This document shows positions 21,387 through 34,339 of a DNA stretch of 64,000 nt, one piece after another (the first letter of the stretch is position 1; every line of letters begins with the position of its first letter). The stretch is from Macrostomum lignano (Eukaryota). The notes beneath the pieces are model-generated. The model was not told the origin of the DNA. It did no database searches and saw only the letters and a list, made by a program, of their open reading frames with translations. The translations under genes were made by a program, and so were the position numbers. The DNA lies in assembly GCA_002269645.1 (NCBI GenBank), contig NIVC01000033.1, positions 671,335-735,334 of the forward strand, in the 5' to 3' direction.

Positions 21387-22659
21387 CAAGGACGACTTAA
21401 GTAGGACGGGAAAGCTCGTATCTCAGAAAATTTTTATAGGCAGGTTTTCCCGAAAAAATACGTCACTACGGAGATCGAAGGTTCTGACCGCACGAGCGAT
21501 TAGGTCTTCAGTGACAATGCCCGCCGCTAGGGTGGCTCCATCCATCGAATGGTTGGGCTCCGGTCTAGCAGTAGGTACCCTCGGGAAGAATGTGCTAAGC
21601 ATATGCTGAAGCACTTCTTCAGGGTCTTTAGTAAGAGAGCCATCATCTTTTTTGATCATGGCTAATTTGGACATTTTGTCCATTGTAAGGGCCTTGACAA
21701 GCCTAGAAGTAGGTCTGTCTTGATCCAATTCATTGCAGAATTGGCGCCACTTACATTCCTTGGCCTTGCGCACTTCAGATTTGAAATTGCGGGAGGCTAG
21801 CTTGCCGGAAAAGCTCCATGTCCTCCGGGTTTCCGGTCTTCATGGCACGGCGATGAAGGCTTTTGGCCTTCCGCCTGAGTTTCCCCAGCTCCGGGTTCCA
21901 CCACGGCGCCGAGGTCTTGCCTTTGTAGGCGCGAGCAGGACAAGCCGCTTCGTAGGCTTCAATAATGCAACCTGTCAGCGTCTCAGCCATATGATCCACA
22001 TCCTCGCAGGTCTCAATCGGACGTAAGTCCGTGAGTTCCTGCAGGTGCAGATCAAGAGCAGCCTAGTAAGTCACGGAGATCGAAGGTTTTCATTTTTTCA
22101 GCACAAAAATTGTTATTGCTTTTGATAGGAGGCAGACCCAGTGTTCATCTTTTGATATATTGCGCATTTTTTATTGCTCTATCAATATTTATAAAGCTTT
22201 TCGTTCAGAAAATCAGGATTCTATGTTAATTTTTTATTCTACGTATATTTCCTGTATCTAAAAATCAAAAAAATGCATGACAGCTCCAATATTTGGTTTT
22301 ATGAATCTATTTTGTCATCTCTGTTACAAATATTTGTTAGACAGTCAGCTAAGAATGATAAAATAGACTCATAAAAACAAAGAGCCGAGCCGTGGAATTT
22401 TAATGTATTTCAGGCACAAGACCGTGAAAATGTACGTAGAATCCTAATTTTCTGAACGAAAAGCTTCATAAATATCGATAGAGCAATAAAAAGGCACAAT
22501 ATATCAAAAGATGAACACTAGATATGCCTCTTATCAAAAGCCATTACAATTTTTGTGCTGAAAAAATGCAAACTTCCTATCTCCGTTGTATTTTTTCGGG
22601 AAAACCTGCCTTCAAAAGTTTTCTAAGAAACGAGGTTTCCTGTCCTTAAGTCGTCCTTG
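21387..22659. mobile_element. Palindromic non-autonomous DNA transposon (MITE, P/hAT-type) carrying a LINE fragment
   Basis: Perfect 15-bp TIR CAAGGACGACTTAAG, long imperfect inverted arms, and 8-bp TSD GAAGTAAT (21379-21386 / 22660-22667). Confidence 0.85.
21484..22072 (-). mobile_element. Internal fragment of a non-LTR retrotransposon ORF2 (endonuclease-RT linker; R1/LOA-like)
   Basis: APWWNPELGKLRRKAKSLHRRA, KWRQFCNELD and LTKDPEEVLQHMLSTFFP; flanked by direct repeat ACGGAGATCGAAGGTT (21468-21483 / 22073-22088). Confidence 0.8.
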
Positions 22660-23748
22660 GAAGTAATTTAATTGGTTAATGGATATCTGCGTACTAACGT
22701 TAGTTACACGCTACACCTGAAAAATGTTTATATAATTAAAACAAAGCTAGAGTCAAACAGGCCACAAGCAACTTATAGCAGATCAAACGTTTAATAAATA
22801 GTGGCTTTAATAGGTAACTCTTAATGAATAATGCAAAAGATCCTCTCACAAAATACATTAAAATGCGCTTCGTAGTTTTTCGTTTTATATTTTCGGTTTA
22901 TGCGATTTATAATAGAATTTGAAAGTTGGTTGATTAATACTCGAGCTCTCTTCTTACTCTTATATCATTGTTGTCTCTAGAGTTAAATTATGATCTTGCA
23001 GCTTTAGATTTGTTGCAGTTTTTTATTAGCATTTGACATTAAACTTTTTGCGAAATGCCTACCTTTTATTTGGAATTAAAGGGCGATGCAGGAGAATTCC
23101 ATAGGGTAAGTTTCAGTGCAGTACTACACTTTGAATAATTTAATGAAAAAATTTAATGATAAATATGCATGATGTTTGACTTGTGAATTTGTGAATGAAA
23201 TATTCTTGCTGTGTCGATGAATTTGTCTAATATGTCTGTTATAAAACATTCAATTTAAGGTCTAATACTAATGATGCCAATGGTGCAGCAATGGTAGGCC
23301 TAGTCAGTGATGGGCACCACTAAATTCATTTTTAGTGCCGCTAATTAGTGCTGTTGCTAAGTGATAAAAGAAAAAAATTAGTGATTGGTAATAGCAGGTG
23401 CTATTTCTACTTTGAACTTAACACAATTAGCACTGCTAATTTTGAAATGCACTAATTAATAAATATATTTAATATAAACCACAGATACTATATAATTAGA
23501 TAGGTCACTCCCTATCTTGCTGTGGGGACCAAAAATGATACTACTGTTAGGATGGTAGTGTAAATGCAAATTATAAGAAACATTCTTATCAGTGACTAAA
23601 ATGAAATTGATCAGAAATTAAGTTTTCAACCATATGCACAATCTGCTACTGTGTACATTCTTGACTTTAGGCTAGGCTTTTGCTAGCCTAAGTTTCCAGT
23701 AAACGCTTTCCTTTTCAACCTTATTGCAGCCTATAGCAGTGTGGAGGG

Positions 23749-25016
23749 CAGTGTTGGGCATTTCCGTTACCAAGTAACTTGTAAATGGTCACGCAAGTTA
23801 CTTTTTCTTAAAGCGTTCCTTACGCAAGTTACATTCCTATTTTGGTAACGGAGTAACGGTAAGTTACTTAAATTTCGGAAGTCCGTTACAGTTACTTTGC
23901 AACAATCGCAATATTTAAATTTAAAACTGATATGCTTAGGCCCTAGCTATTACGCCAGTTGTCACATTTTTAGCATTTTTCATTCCTAAATTCAAAACTA
24001 AGTGAATAATATCATACGGTATTACGCTGTAATTAATAAAGAAATACTTGAAACATGTTTTTACTTTGTTATTTTTGGTAAAATATTTTTGCTTTTCGTT
24101 TTTAAGTTAATAAAAATATTTTGTTTAGTTCTTAGAAACAAACAACCAAAGAAAGAAATTCATCTGTAGTCTCCACAAATCCACTCAGTGATCGACGTAG
24201 CCAGGAATTTTAATTGGGGGGGGGGGTTGGCCTAGCTGGCCATGCCTCATGCCATTGCCACTTTTAGCGCCGCAGGCACTCATTTTAGTGCCGCAAGCAC
24301 TCATTTAAGCGCCGCAGGCACTCATTTAAGCGCCGCAGGCACTCAATCGCCTCATGGTTTTTGGTACCCGCCACGCCCAACCCCACCCCTTCCCAGGAGG
24401 GGTGTCTTGCAGGTGGGGTGAAGTTGCCGCCCCAACGATTGTTAAGGCGGCCTCCCTGGCTACACCACTAAAGTCCACTGGCACTGCACTGCACTGCACA
24501 ATAATTTAATATTAATGATAATAATTGAAAATAAATAAAAAGACTAGTAAAGCAGACTGTAGAGTGGAGTAAAGCCAGGTACTTATTACGAGCGATGTAT
24601 TACTCGTATCAAAGACAACTGAAGTTACGTTAAGTTGTCCTTGTGTATTATAACTTATAATGTTATTAAAAATTATATTGCGTTTTGCCTTTAACGTTTC
24701 TGACCTTCAGCTTCTCTTCTTTTTACGGAAAGGGCCTAAAGTGATAAAAATTTAATACAGTTACTGAAATTAATGTTGTTGTATTCTTCCTCCTGGCTTT
24801 CGCGATCATTTGAGCTGTTCCAGCACATTTGCAATGTTAAAAAAAGCAGAAAATTTTGTTAATAACATAGGTAACGGAAGTAAGTAACGGAAGTAACTTA
24901 AAAGTTACCGGGTTTTTGTTCAAAGTTACTAGGCTAACGTAAGTTACTTTTTAAAAAGTGGTAACTTAAGTTACAGTAACGTAAGTTACTTTTTTTGAGT
25001 AACTTGCCCAACACTG
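23749..25016. mobile_element. hAT-type MITE
   Basis: TIR CAGTGTTGGGCA, subterminal GTAAC repeats, perfect 8-bp TSD GTGGAGGG (23741-23748 / 25017-25024). Confidence 0.85.
24186..24470. mobile_element. Small MITE (CAGTG..GTAGCCAGG / CCTGGCTACACCACT) inside the previous MITE
   Basis: Imperfect TIRs; approximate flanking repeat AA(A/G)TCCACT. Confidence 0.55.
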
Positions 25017-25229
25017 GTGGAGGGGGAGGTAGAGCTCGAACGGGAGCAGAATTTTCGGGATCAGGCGGGATTGGGATTGACAATAATTTTGGGATCGGGA
25101 TTCGGGATTAGTATTTGGGAATCCAGGATCTAGGAATATATTACTTACTAATGAATCAAGGATTCAAAGATAGTTTTATCTGACTATCTATGCTATTCAG
25201 CCTTGATGGTTGATCTAATAGCTCTAGCC

Positions 25230-28200
25230 CACAGACCAATAAGTATAACTAGACTGCGCGTGTGGGGCAAGAAATGTGTGCCTCTTTCCAAGTAGGAAAA
25301 ATGGCACCCCAGCTCCCACCCCCTCACGATCGATATTTTTGGCTTCCTTTCCCTTCCAACCCTTCTGTCATTGGGCCCGCTGTATTAATTGTTGCCTTTT
25401 GCCATGGAACACGGATTGCTAACCATTTAACCAACTTTATGTGCAACTAGCAATTTAACAGTTTAAATCTAGTATTATTTTTCGATTTATTAAAAACTAA
25501 AAAACCGTACAAAAACGCTTGCAGACAAAATGAGACCTTTTTGTTGTTGCTGATAGCATAGAAGCAGTAATAAAAGTATATAAATAGCTCACCTGGTTTC
25601 GAATATACTATAGATTAAGAAATATCGCTGCTCGAAGTAGTCTCTGCCTCCTTCCTGGTCTTCTTCCTGAGCGAGAAAGTTCTTTAGCTAGTTTTTTCAT
25701 TCTGATCTTTATGAAGAGCCCAGCCATGACTGGAATTAAATGGAGCTTGTGCGACTCAATGCCGCTGCTTGCGGATGCCGAATGCGAGTCAAGCTCAGGG
25801 AATAGATTGCTCGACATGCGCAAAGTCTCGTGAACTGCTACGTCACTAGAGAATTGGCTGTTATAGCTGGCACGTCAAATAACAGACTCAGCACTGAGCA
25901 GCACACGGAAGACATCGCTGCTGGGAAAAATCAAGCCGCCAGTTCCTTCCTTGTTCAAAACATTCTTCAAGGCAACAAGTGAGCAAGGGGCACGAAAAGC
26001 TGGTGGCGTCTCGGAGCTGGCAGTCAGAGCTGACCTGCACGTAGCACATTCGACAACTTTCAACATGCTTCGCACAACTGCTCCGGCAATATAGTACACA
26101 ATAGACTGGCAAATCTCACAATTAGATGCATTCATGCAGTGCTGGATGGATTCAAGACTCAGTCCCATATCATTCTGAACTTTCATCTTCCACTGCTTCT
26201 GTGCTGATTCAGCTGATGATGGTAGGCATGACAAGGACAGTTGAATGGTGGCATCCTGCTGCTTCACATTCGGGCTGACAGACTGGAGAATCCCACCTCC
26301 GGCATGCACCAGCAGCTGCCTAAATGCCGAGTGAAACTGCTTTGGTGTCGGGTTGTGGTTCTAGCCATTTCGAAGCCTGACTGCATTAAAGAATAGTTCT
26401 AGAAAGTCCTGAGACAGCTTGTAAGTGCAAAGAAAGAAGAATTTGCCAGTTGAAAATAAATACTTGGCAAGCACAATAACGGCATGGCAATTGGTGATGA
26501 AGCCTAAAAATCCTGTCTTCTTTGCAGTGTCAACGATTTTGCATCTAGCTGGAGTTTCTAAGCTCTTGAGAAGCTGGATCGAGTCAGTGAAGAAGTCAAT
26601 CCAGTCAGACTGGTTGTCAGCTCTTAGAGCCATTTTAGCCCCATAATTTACCAGTCGCTTCGAGTTGAACGCATCGAACAGATCATTGATGTGCTCAATA
26701 AAATCTGCTGTCACTAATACATCGGAATGATCAAATCCGGCCAAGCCTTGCTTGTGCACCCATCGTAATGAGTCAGCCACCGACTTACTAAAAAGTTGTG
26801 AGGCCAAATAAACTTTCATCTTTAAATTAGCAAAGTTAATGTGATGCCTGCTCAGCTTATTGCCCAGTCTGAGTCCATGGCTCTCCTGTACTTGCTGCAA
26901 CATGCACACATATTTCCAATCAATATTTCCTCTGTCCGGCCAAACAAATGTTCCCAGGGACTGCCACTGGTTTCGAATCAGCTTCAACATGTGCGGCACA
27001 TCCAAGAAGGCTGAAACCTGAATGCCGGGATCGCAGGGGTGTGGGAAAGAGGCAACTATCTTATTGGGAGAGCTTATTCTGGCACCAAGAAGCTCGATCG
27101 CTCAAATATTGTGCTGAGTCCCATCGCATGTAAATGATGAGGCAATAACGCCAACCTGGTAGAGCCGCTGGATTGATTCCTCTACGACACTTGAAAGAAA
27201 TTCGCCATCAACTCCGCTCACTAGAAAATATCCTAAAGGTAGCTTCCAATAGCTCTTGAGACCCACTGCCATCACTACCAATGCTGAAGTTGCCTCCTGA
27301 TCAGTTGACTTGCCATCGCCTTTGTCAACATAGCCAAAGAAACTGCCTTCATTTGAATTCCACTCAACCATCGCTTCCAGTGACATTTCATCAGCTACAA
27401 CGTTGCAGTAGTCGAAGGATCGGTCATCATTGGAGCTGCGTCGCCGAGAAAGTTCCTGAAAGGCTTGGTCACAAAATCCTGGAAGGCATTTCGCATTCGA
27501 GAGCCATCTTCTAAGCGAAGCTGGATGCGGAAGCTGAAAGTACTGTCTCACATACGCATAGGCCTTCGGGCTGTAAAAGTGCAATGTGGAGGCGAATTTC
27601 CGCACTTCGTGGGAGAATATTCTTGTCCTCTTGGTAATCTTGCTTGGCAAAATGCTGCTAAGCAGTGAATCGGAGGTCAAGAAATTCAGCCGAGATGCAG
27701 CAGCTTCATTCAAAATACATTTGGCCCTTAACTCTCGAATCACATCTTTCAGGGTCTTGGCTCTTTGTTTAATTTGCCTATGCTTTGAGCGCAGTGATCG
27801 AATTTTGCGGTACTTGCTCTGGAGCGACCGCCTTAAGATTTCAACAGCCTTTGCACTTTTCTTGAACCGGCTATGAGTAGATAGAAGCCTTCTGTATCTG
27901 CGCCGAAGATTTTTAAGTGCTCTCACCTTCTTGTCGAATTCTTCTCTGGGCACGCAGTTAACATGGATGTCCGGTCCAGGATCTTCATCTTCCTTGGCAG
28001 CCACTGGAGCTTCCGGCTCGCTGCTCTCTGTTGATTTACAAAATGCAGCGAAATCAACTTCGCGAGCTGCGGCCGCGGTGGCAGTCTTCCGTTTCTTCTC
28101 AGCTTTCGGCTGCAGATGGTCAGGGAACGCCGGGAAGATGGAAGGAACGGCATTTGGATATAGCCGTCTTTTGACGCTAGGCAGAAAGCCTGCAAATTGC

Positions 28201-28723
28201 TCTTTGAAGCAAGATTCCTCAAAATGCATTGAGCAGACTTGCGTGGATGGCGATGGCTCAAAATCTTTTCTTCTCAGCGCTATCAGCCACTTTTTCCTTA
28301 TTTCCTTGTCCTTTGGAAAAGTATGAAAGGACACTCCCGCCAAAGACATTGCTGAGTTGTTCGAGCAGCCAGCAGCGCAGCAAAAGCTGCCGTAATTTCC
28401 TTTTCTTTTCCTCGGCAATTTAGAAGATTCAGGTTGTTCTTCCATTTCGTTTTGAGAAATTATTAATTTTTTAATAACTTTGCTTAGCTGTTTAAGGTTA
28501 GTATAGCATTGCTATTGTGGTCCCCAAGCCGCATTAATATACATGTTTATTTAAAAAAGGCCAGTGCAGACAGCTGAAGAAGGGCCAGTCTTCCCCAAGC
28601 CAAAAATATCGATCATTTTGGGCTGGGGTAGAGAGGACCATTTTTTGCTTTGTCATTTTGTCAAAAAACGAGCCCACGCAAGCAATGCTGGATGCGCAGT
28701 CTAGTTATACTTATTGGTCTGTG
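25230..28723 (-). mobile_element. Full-length P element (3494 bp)
   Basis: Perfect 30-bp TIR CACAGACCAATAAGTATAACTAGACTGCGC, perfect 8-bp TSD CTCTAGCC, and THAP transposase inside. Confidence 0.95.
25608..28445 (-). pseudogene. THAP9/P-element transposase: one intronless 946-codon frame interrupted by three in-frame stops
   Basis: THAP C2CH (CCAAGC...W...VCSMHF...AVPSIF); catalytic motifs VADEM, TCDG, DVPHMLK and SQDFLELFF. Four track ORFs share one frame, separated by TGA 27102, TAG 26361 and TGA 25875. Confidence 0.92.
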
Positions 28724-29642
28724 CTCTAGCCTAATGCCCTAATAGTCAATACTAATAGCTATATAAGAAAAAAACACAAAAAAATTCATAAGAAACTATA
28801 AATATATATTAGTTAGTTAACATTTGTATTTCAAGTATTTGTATACAAATATACAATATTACTTATTTTGTATAATATTTGTATTATATTCAGGAGCATA
28901 GTGACATTGTCATATAGATTAATAGATAATAACCTTATTAAATATGTATAAATTTCTATATAGTTCATAAATCATATGAGCATATAAATTATAAAATTAC
29001 TTTACTAACTTCATTTGACAATGACAATCATTTGATTTGATTACAAATTTACAAAAAAAATCACCAAATTATTCAATTATATAATATAGCTATAGCTCAA
29101 AAAGATTCCAGTGCCAACAATTTTTTCAAAGACCAATTTACCAATTATATCCCATATAAAATTTAATACTGCATTAAACTAAAGTAAATTTTATCCTTTG
29201 CAGTATTAAACTAATTATTACTACAAAATGCAAACTTATTACTAAATTAAGCTATAATAATATAATATATCATTATGAATACATGAGTGGGAAATTGAGA
29301 ATAAGAAATAGTCTATGCTTAATGCTAATTGATAGAGAGAAAGACTGATTGAAGACTATATTGGCAGAATCCTTTTCTGATATACACCATGTCCCAAAAA
29401 CACTCCACAGAAAAAAGGTCTGTTAAACTTAATGATTATTTAACTTAACTTATAATTAACTTAATTAACTATTATTTAACTTAACTTGACTTGAAAGTTT
29501 CAGCTGAATTGCATTGACAGAACTAAAGCAATTAATCATTTACCTACGTACGAAACCTATGAAATTAGCAATACAATTTTTGAAGAGCATCGAGGGTGCC
29601 TAAGAACTTTTTGGACGCACAAAGGTACATATATGTTTTGAC

Positions 29643-30035
29643 GTATGAAATATTCGCCGACACTTATTCAGACACTTCTATAGACACTTTAGTTTCTGTC
29701 GTACGAATCATAGGAACAAGCATTAAATTTTTTATTCCTTACAAACTACTAGTAAACTGCTTTATTTTAAGCTTTTTTGCTTTATTTTATTAAATATGAA
29801 TTAGGAAGTATTGTGGGATAAATTTAACATTCTTCTTCACGTGAAGAGAATCTATGCAGAATAACAAATTTCATGATTCATATTTAATAAAATAAAGCAA
29901 AAAAGCTTAAAATAAAGCAGTTTACTGGTAGTTTGTAAGGAATAAACAAATTTAATGCTTGCTCCTACGATTTGTACAACAGAAACTAAAGTGTCTGTAG
30001 AAGTGTCTGAATAAGTCTCGGCGAATGTTTCATAC
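29643..30035. mobile_element. Foldback MITE with ~160-bp inverted arms (Mutator-like)
   Basis: 29643-29800 is inverted relative to 29877-30035; flanking direct repeat ATATGTTTTG(A/T)C. Confidence 0.7.
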
Positions 30036-31889
30036 ATATGTTTTGTCTATCCAATGATTGTAATCAATGTAATGCAATATTCAACGAAATCATAATGCTG
30101 GTACTCTAATCTCCGACTCCTAGTATTGTATAACGCCACTCCGAAAAGAATCCTTTGTTTTGCCATTGAGAAATAATAATCCCAGTTTTTAGTTTTATAC
30201 TGTGCTTTTCGTTTTTAGCGAAGAAATAAATAAGACTAGAAGAATCAACTTAACAGCAATAATTATATTCGTTTTCTTGGCTATAAGCAATAGGCATTGA
30301 ATGTTAATGCTACGGCTTCATTTCTTTTTATAGTATAATACAACATTTATATTCAAGTATTCAACAAATAGGGATCAGTTCAGTCTATAAAAAACAAATT
30401 GACAATGCCACTGCTACAAAATAAAAAATCATGCCACTGACATGCTTATTAGCCAAACATGTGCAATCCAGAATGTTGAAAGCATTGCATGATAGATACT
30501 AATGCAATGTCGCCAAGTTAGTAGAGTCAACTCACAGTGCAGTCAACTTAGGACAATTAGTCTGAAATTATTAATGTGATATGCTTATTGATAAAATGAA
30601 AGAAACAAGTCCACAACTACAAACGTAAAAAATTCTCAGTTGTTATAATGTGCCTTCAGCCAAATATCTAAAATTACCTTCAATTGGGTGACAATTAGAG
30701 GCGCGTAAAGCAAAAAACCCATGAGGGGCTTTTCATATTGTCAATTCTTGTTCCAGACCCTTTTTGCAAAAGTATAGCTAACTTTTGAGCGCCTAAATAA
30801 AAAGGAATCAAGAGCCATTGTAGACTTTTTCTGAAAGTAAGATTTACAAGGTGGCTAAAAATCGCATGAAAGGCAACTGTTCTGCGTTAATGTAATATTG
30901 AATTGCATTAGTTATACTGCTTTTTTCTTGTAAAATTCTGGTTCTAAAATTGCTTTGTGAAAAGCCTCAAACTCGAATCGCTTCGTGAAAAGCCTCCTAC
31001 TCGTTAGTTCGTTATTTACGAGTACAACTCTTTAAAAATCTGTTACTAAGTAAAAATCTGCTGCTTTATTTGGTGAATTCAAGGTCAGACTTTCAACATA
31101 TTTATAGTTGCTGTTACAAAAATTAGCTTAGTATTGATTACTGCTCTTGATTGTTAAAAGCATCATCTTCATTATCAATCTATTGGGCTCCCGAATCCCA
31201 AGTTCTCTAAGCCTTCGGGATCCCGATCCCGAATTCCCGAAAAATCTTCGGGATCCCAAGAATTTGAGATCGGGATCGGGATCCCGTTCGAGCTCTAGGG
31301 AGAGGGGGTGAAGGGGTAGAGGCCAAGGGCTGTACAAGCCATCTAGCTAAGTAGAGCTTTTTGTGCTTGCTTATCTTTGCAAAAGCCTACCAAAGCCACA
31401 TTGAGGGGAGGATGGGAGGGTTGAAAGGGTTAAAAGTTGTGCAAGCCATAATGTACGCACTATGTAGTCTTTGAACCAAATCTCAATATAAGCCTAATGC
31501 TTGCTTTTGTTTTAAAAGCATATGATAAAGGCAAGTTTCTTGTCCTTCCTCACACAGATCAAGCATCTAGTGTTTCCAGTGTGATTTGCAATCACGCATA
31601 TATCAATAAAAAAGTTGTCCTGCACAAAATTCTACATTCTGCTCAAAAGGTGTGCAGCCATTTGCACGCATGCACTGGCAATACCAGAACTCCAGTGCAA
31701 ATGCACTGATTTCTAGCAGCAGCAGATGACGCGATGGCTACTCAATGGCAAGGATTTCTGGAGCTAGATGTATAGCTTATAGCAATTTGAAAGTCTGGAG
31801 TACATATTTCAACAATTCAGCTTACAGCTGCCCTGCATTTTGGCATGAGGCATCTACTCGACCTGATGCAAGGGGCTGCAGTGTGTAGG

Positions 31890-32440
31890 CAAGGATTGCT
31901 GAAGATCCATGATCAATGGTGCAATAGTTATCCAATGCTGTCGGCACTTCATTGGGAAGTATTTTGAGCATTCTGCACTAAAATCTCGGGCTGAGCAAGG
32001 TGTCTGCCCGCTGTGTGCCTCTTACCTGACTGAGGCGCAAAAACAAGCTTAGGCCGATTAGTGCCAAGCCCAGCTGGACAGATTTGATGAAGGCAGGTCA
32101 ACAAGCACCTCAGAGGTCATCAGTGGAGAATAGAGACGAGGTATGGGTGTATAGCTTCGACCCTGAAAGTAAGCTGCAGTTGTCGCAATGGGTCCTTGTA
32201 AGAAGCAGCCGCCTTCAAAATAGGTCCAGTCACGAAGTGTTGCCAAGCAGATAGTGGCCATTTTTGTGGCTCGTAGCAGTCCAGTGGCAGTTACTCCGCT
32301 GGAAACATAGCAAACAGTGACTGCCAACTGGTATGTGACAGTGTGTCTTCCTCAGGTGCTGCAAGCTGTTGCTGAAAGATGCCCTAAGATGTGACATCAG
32401 GGCTGCTACTTCACCAGGACAATGCCCGGGCCCACACAGT
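31890..32440 (+). pseudogene. Mariner transposase remnant
   Basis: IAEDP..ILH*NLGLSKVSARCVP..LTEAQK (WVPHEL region), DEVWVYSFDPESK, TVTANWYVTVCL and LLLHQDNARAH; several stops. Confidence 0.85.
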
Positions 32441-33492
32441 GTGAATGCGTGAAAGCATAATAATTTAATACAATATTGCTAAAATTGCTAAATGAAAAAT
32501 AAATAGATTTAGAAATAAAACTATACATATCAAGTTTCTTGCTATCAAAAAACAATTTTATGGAAGTTTGCAAAATTGATTTCTTATTTTGGCTATTTTT
32601 CACTACTGATGGCTAGTCCTAAGAGTAGTGTAAGAGTAAATTAACTGAGTGACCTATCTAGTTATATAGTATCTGTGATATAAACTGCCATTTCACATGT
32701 ATTTATGCATTTTTACACATTTTTACCTTGTATGTTTTAAATGAATAAGCTAATAATGCTGTTGCTAATAATATGTTTTTATTATTAATCCTAATAAAAA
32801 ATCCTCAAGCCACTGAACTGTCAAAGCAACAGTTGTTGAAAGAGTTCCTAAATACAATGCTTTTTTCCTTGAAAAAACGTTAAGGGCCCTTGCTACTGGG
32901 GCCATGGCCTTCTTATACTCAAGAAGGAAGGCAAGATCATCAGCTTGAAATGGTGGTACAGGATTTCTTAACCCTACCATCACCCTGTTGATAGCCTGTC
33001 ACTGCATCATTGCTTAGAATATCAACTGAGTTGAACATTGAATTTTTTCATTAAATTATTAAATTAAATTATATTAATCAACAACTTTTTGCCAACAAAT
33101 TAAAAGTAGTAAGAAAACTTTTGAAAGTCAATGACAAAAACAAGATTAATTGTTGATAATGAAAGCAAAAAAAGATTTCACATTTCTAAGAAAATTAGAA
33201 ACATATTAGAGATTTAATATAGGTAGATTTACATAATATTTAACTTATTACTCAAATAAAGTTTCATTTTAAGGATTAAACAATCATTAACCATCTAGTT
33301 TTATAGGAAAAAAATTAAATTTAGCGCAGTTAGCAATTTTCATAAAATATTAGCAGCGCTTTGATAGCGTTCACTAATTGGAATTTTAATTTAGTGCAAT
33401 TAGCGGCGCTTTAGTGGAATTCAAATTTAGTGGCATTAGTACCTATCACTGGGCCTAGTATTATAATTTATATTTGGCCTAGGAAGTAACTA

Positions 33493-33801
33493 CAGGGGCA
33501 GATTTAGGAGGTGGGGTGGTTGCCCCCCCCCTTAAAAGCTTGACAAAACATATTCCACCCCCAAAAACCTAGGTTTGCACCCCCTAACCTTGATTTTTTG
33601 CCTCAAACACCATTTTTGCGCCTCTAAACTTGACTTTTTGCCCCTATATGCATTTTTTGCTCCCTTAAGCTTGATTTTTCGCCCTCTTAAATGCATTTTT
33701 ATGCCCTTAGCTTAAAACTTGGTGCCCCTTGCACTCGTGTTAATGTCCCAAACTTTGACCCCCTCCCAAAATGAAACTCTAGTCACCTAGATCCACCATG
33801 G
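33493..33801. mobile_element. Degenerate hAT-type MITE
   Basis: CAGGGGCAGATTTAGG ... CCTAGATCCACCATGG; flanks AGTAACTA / AGTAGCTA. Confidence 0.55.
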
Positions 33802-34339
33802 AGTAGCTATTATTTATTTTTAGTCATAGCCCTTGGCCTTAGCTAGGTTTTTTGTGTCATAGACATGCCATGACATGTCAAAATTGAAAATGGCATAACA
33901 ATTTTAACAAAAAACCTAGGCCCCTAAGGGCTATATTTTAGTATAATGAACTATAATATAGCAATACTAATATTTATAATCCTAAAGCAAAAACCTTTTT
34001 CATTATTTGCATAATAAATAATTTTTAAAATAGGTGTTGATCTTTTTGCTATTGTTAGAAATGCCACAGTCCAAATCATGGTAGGCATATGCCTTATAGT
34101 CTAGATCATTCCAGGTGTATACTAAAATGGAAATTCATGTTTTTCAATTTTACGCTAGGGTCTAATATAAAATTTAAATAAATTAATGCTAAACCCAAAG
34201 TTGTTTATGCATCTATTTTTAGAGAATATATTTTTTCGAAATATACTAGCAATCTAGCCTGTTCAGGAAGTGCAAAAAGAAAAATGATAAAAATACTACT
34301 AAAATATTAAAGAAAAGAGCTATGCTTCCAATAAAATAA

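Larger units (their letters stand above)
25030..31297. mobile_element. hAT (Ac-like) non-autonomous element with GGGAT/ATCCC subterminal repeats
   Basis: Perfect 16-bp TIR TAGAGCTCGAACGGGA; flanks GGGGGAGG / GGGAGAGG (7/8 TSD). Confidence 0.75.
23480..32677. mobile_element. Non-autonomous P-like element (31-bp TIR) nested in the outer hAT
   Basis: TIR CACAGATACTATATAA(T/C)TAGATAGGTCACTC matches at 30/31 (23480-23510 / 32647-32677); 8-bp TSD ATATAAAC. Confidence 0.8.
23305..33451. mobile_element. Outer hAT element (deletion derivative) hosting nested insertions
   Basis: TIRs CAGTGATGGGC / CAGTGATAGGT, 8-bp TSD GGCCTAGT (23297-23304 / 33452-33459), and a hAT transposase fragment at 32765-32983 (FLLEYKKAMAPVARALN...LYLG). 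Confidence 0.8.

Noticed and set aside
25608-28445. Stop-codon reassignment as the explanation for in-frame stops in the P, YR and ankyrin genes
   Set aside because: Host genes here terminate normally with TAG (CerS1), TAA (FMR1-like) and TGA (DIRAS)
31500-31880. Possible hAT dimerisation-domain remnant (SSAAA) on the minus strand
   Set aside because: The match is too weak; the adjacent sequence is better explained by the plus-strand mariner remnant
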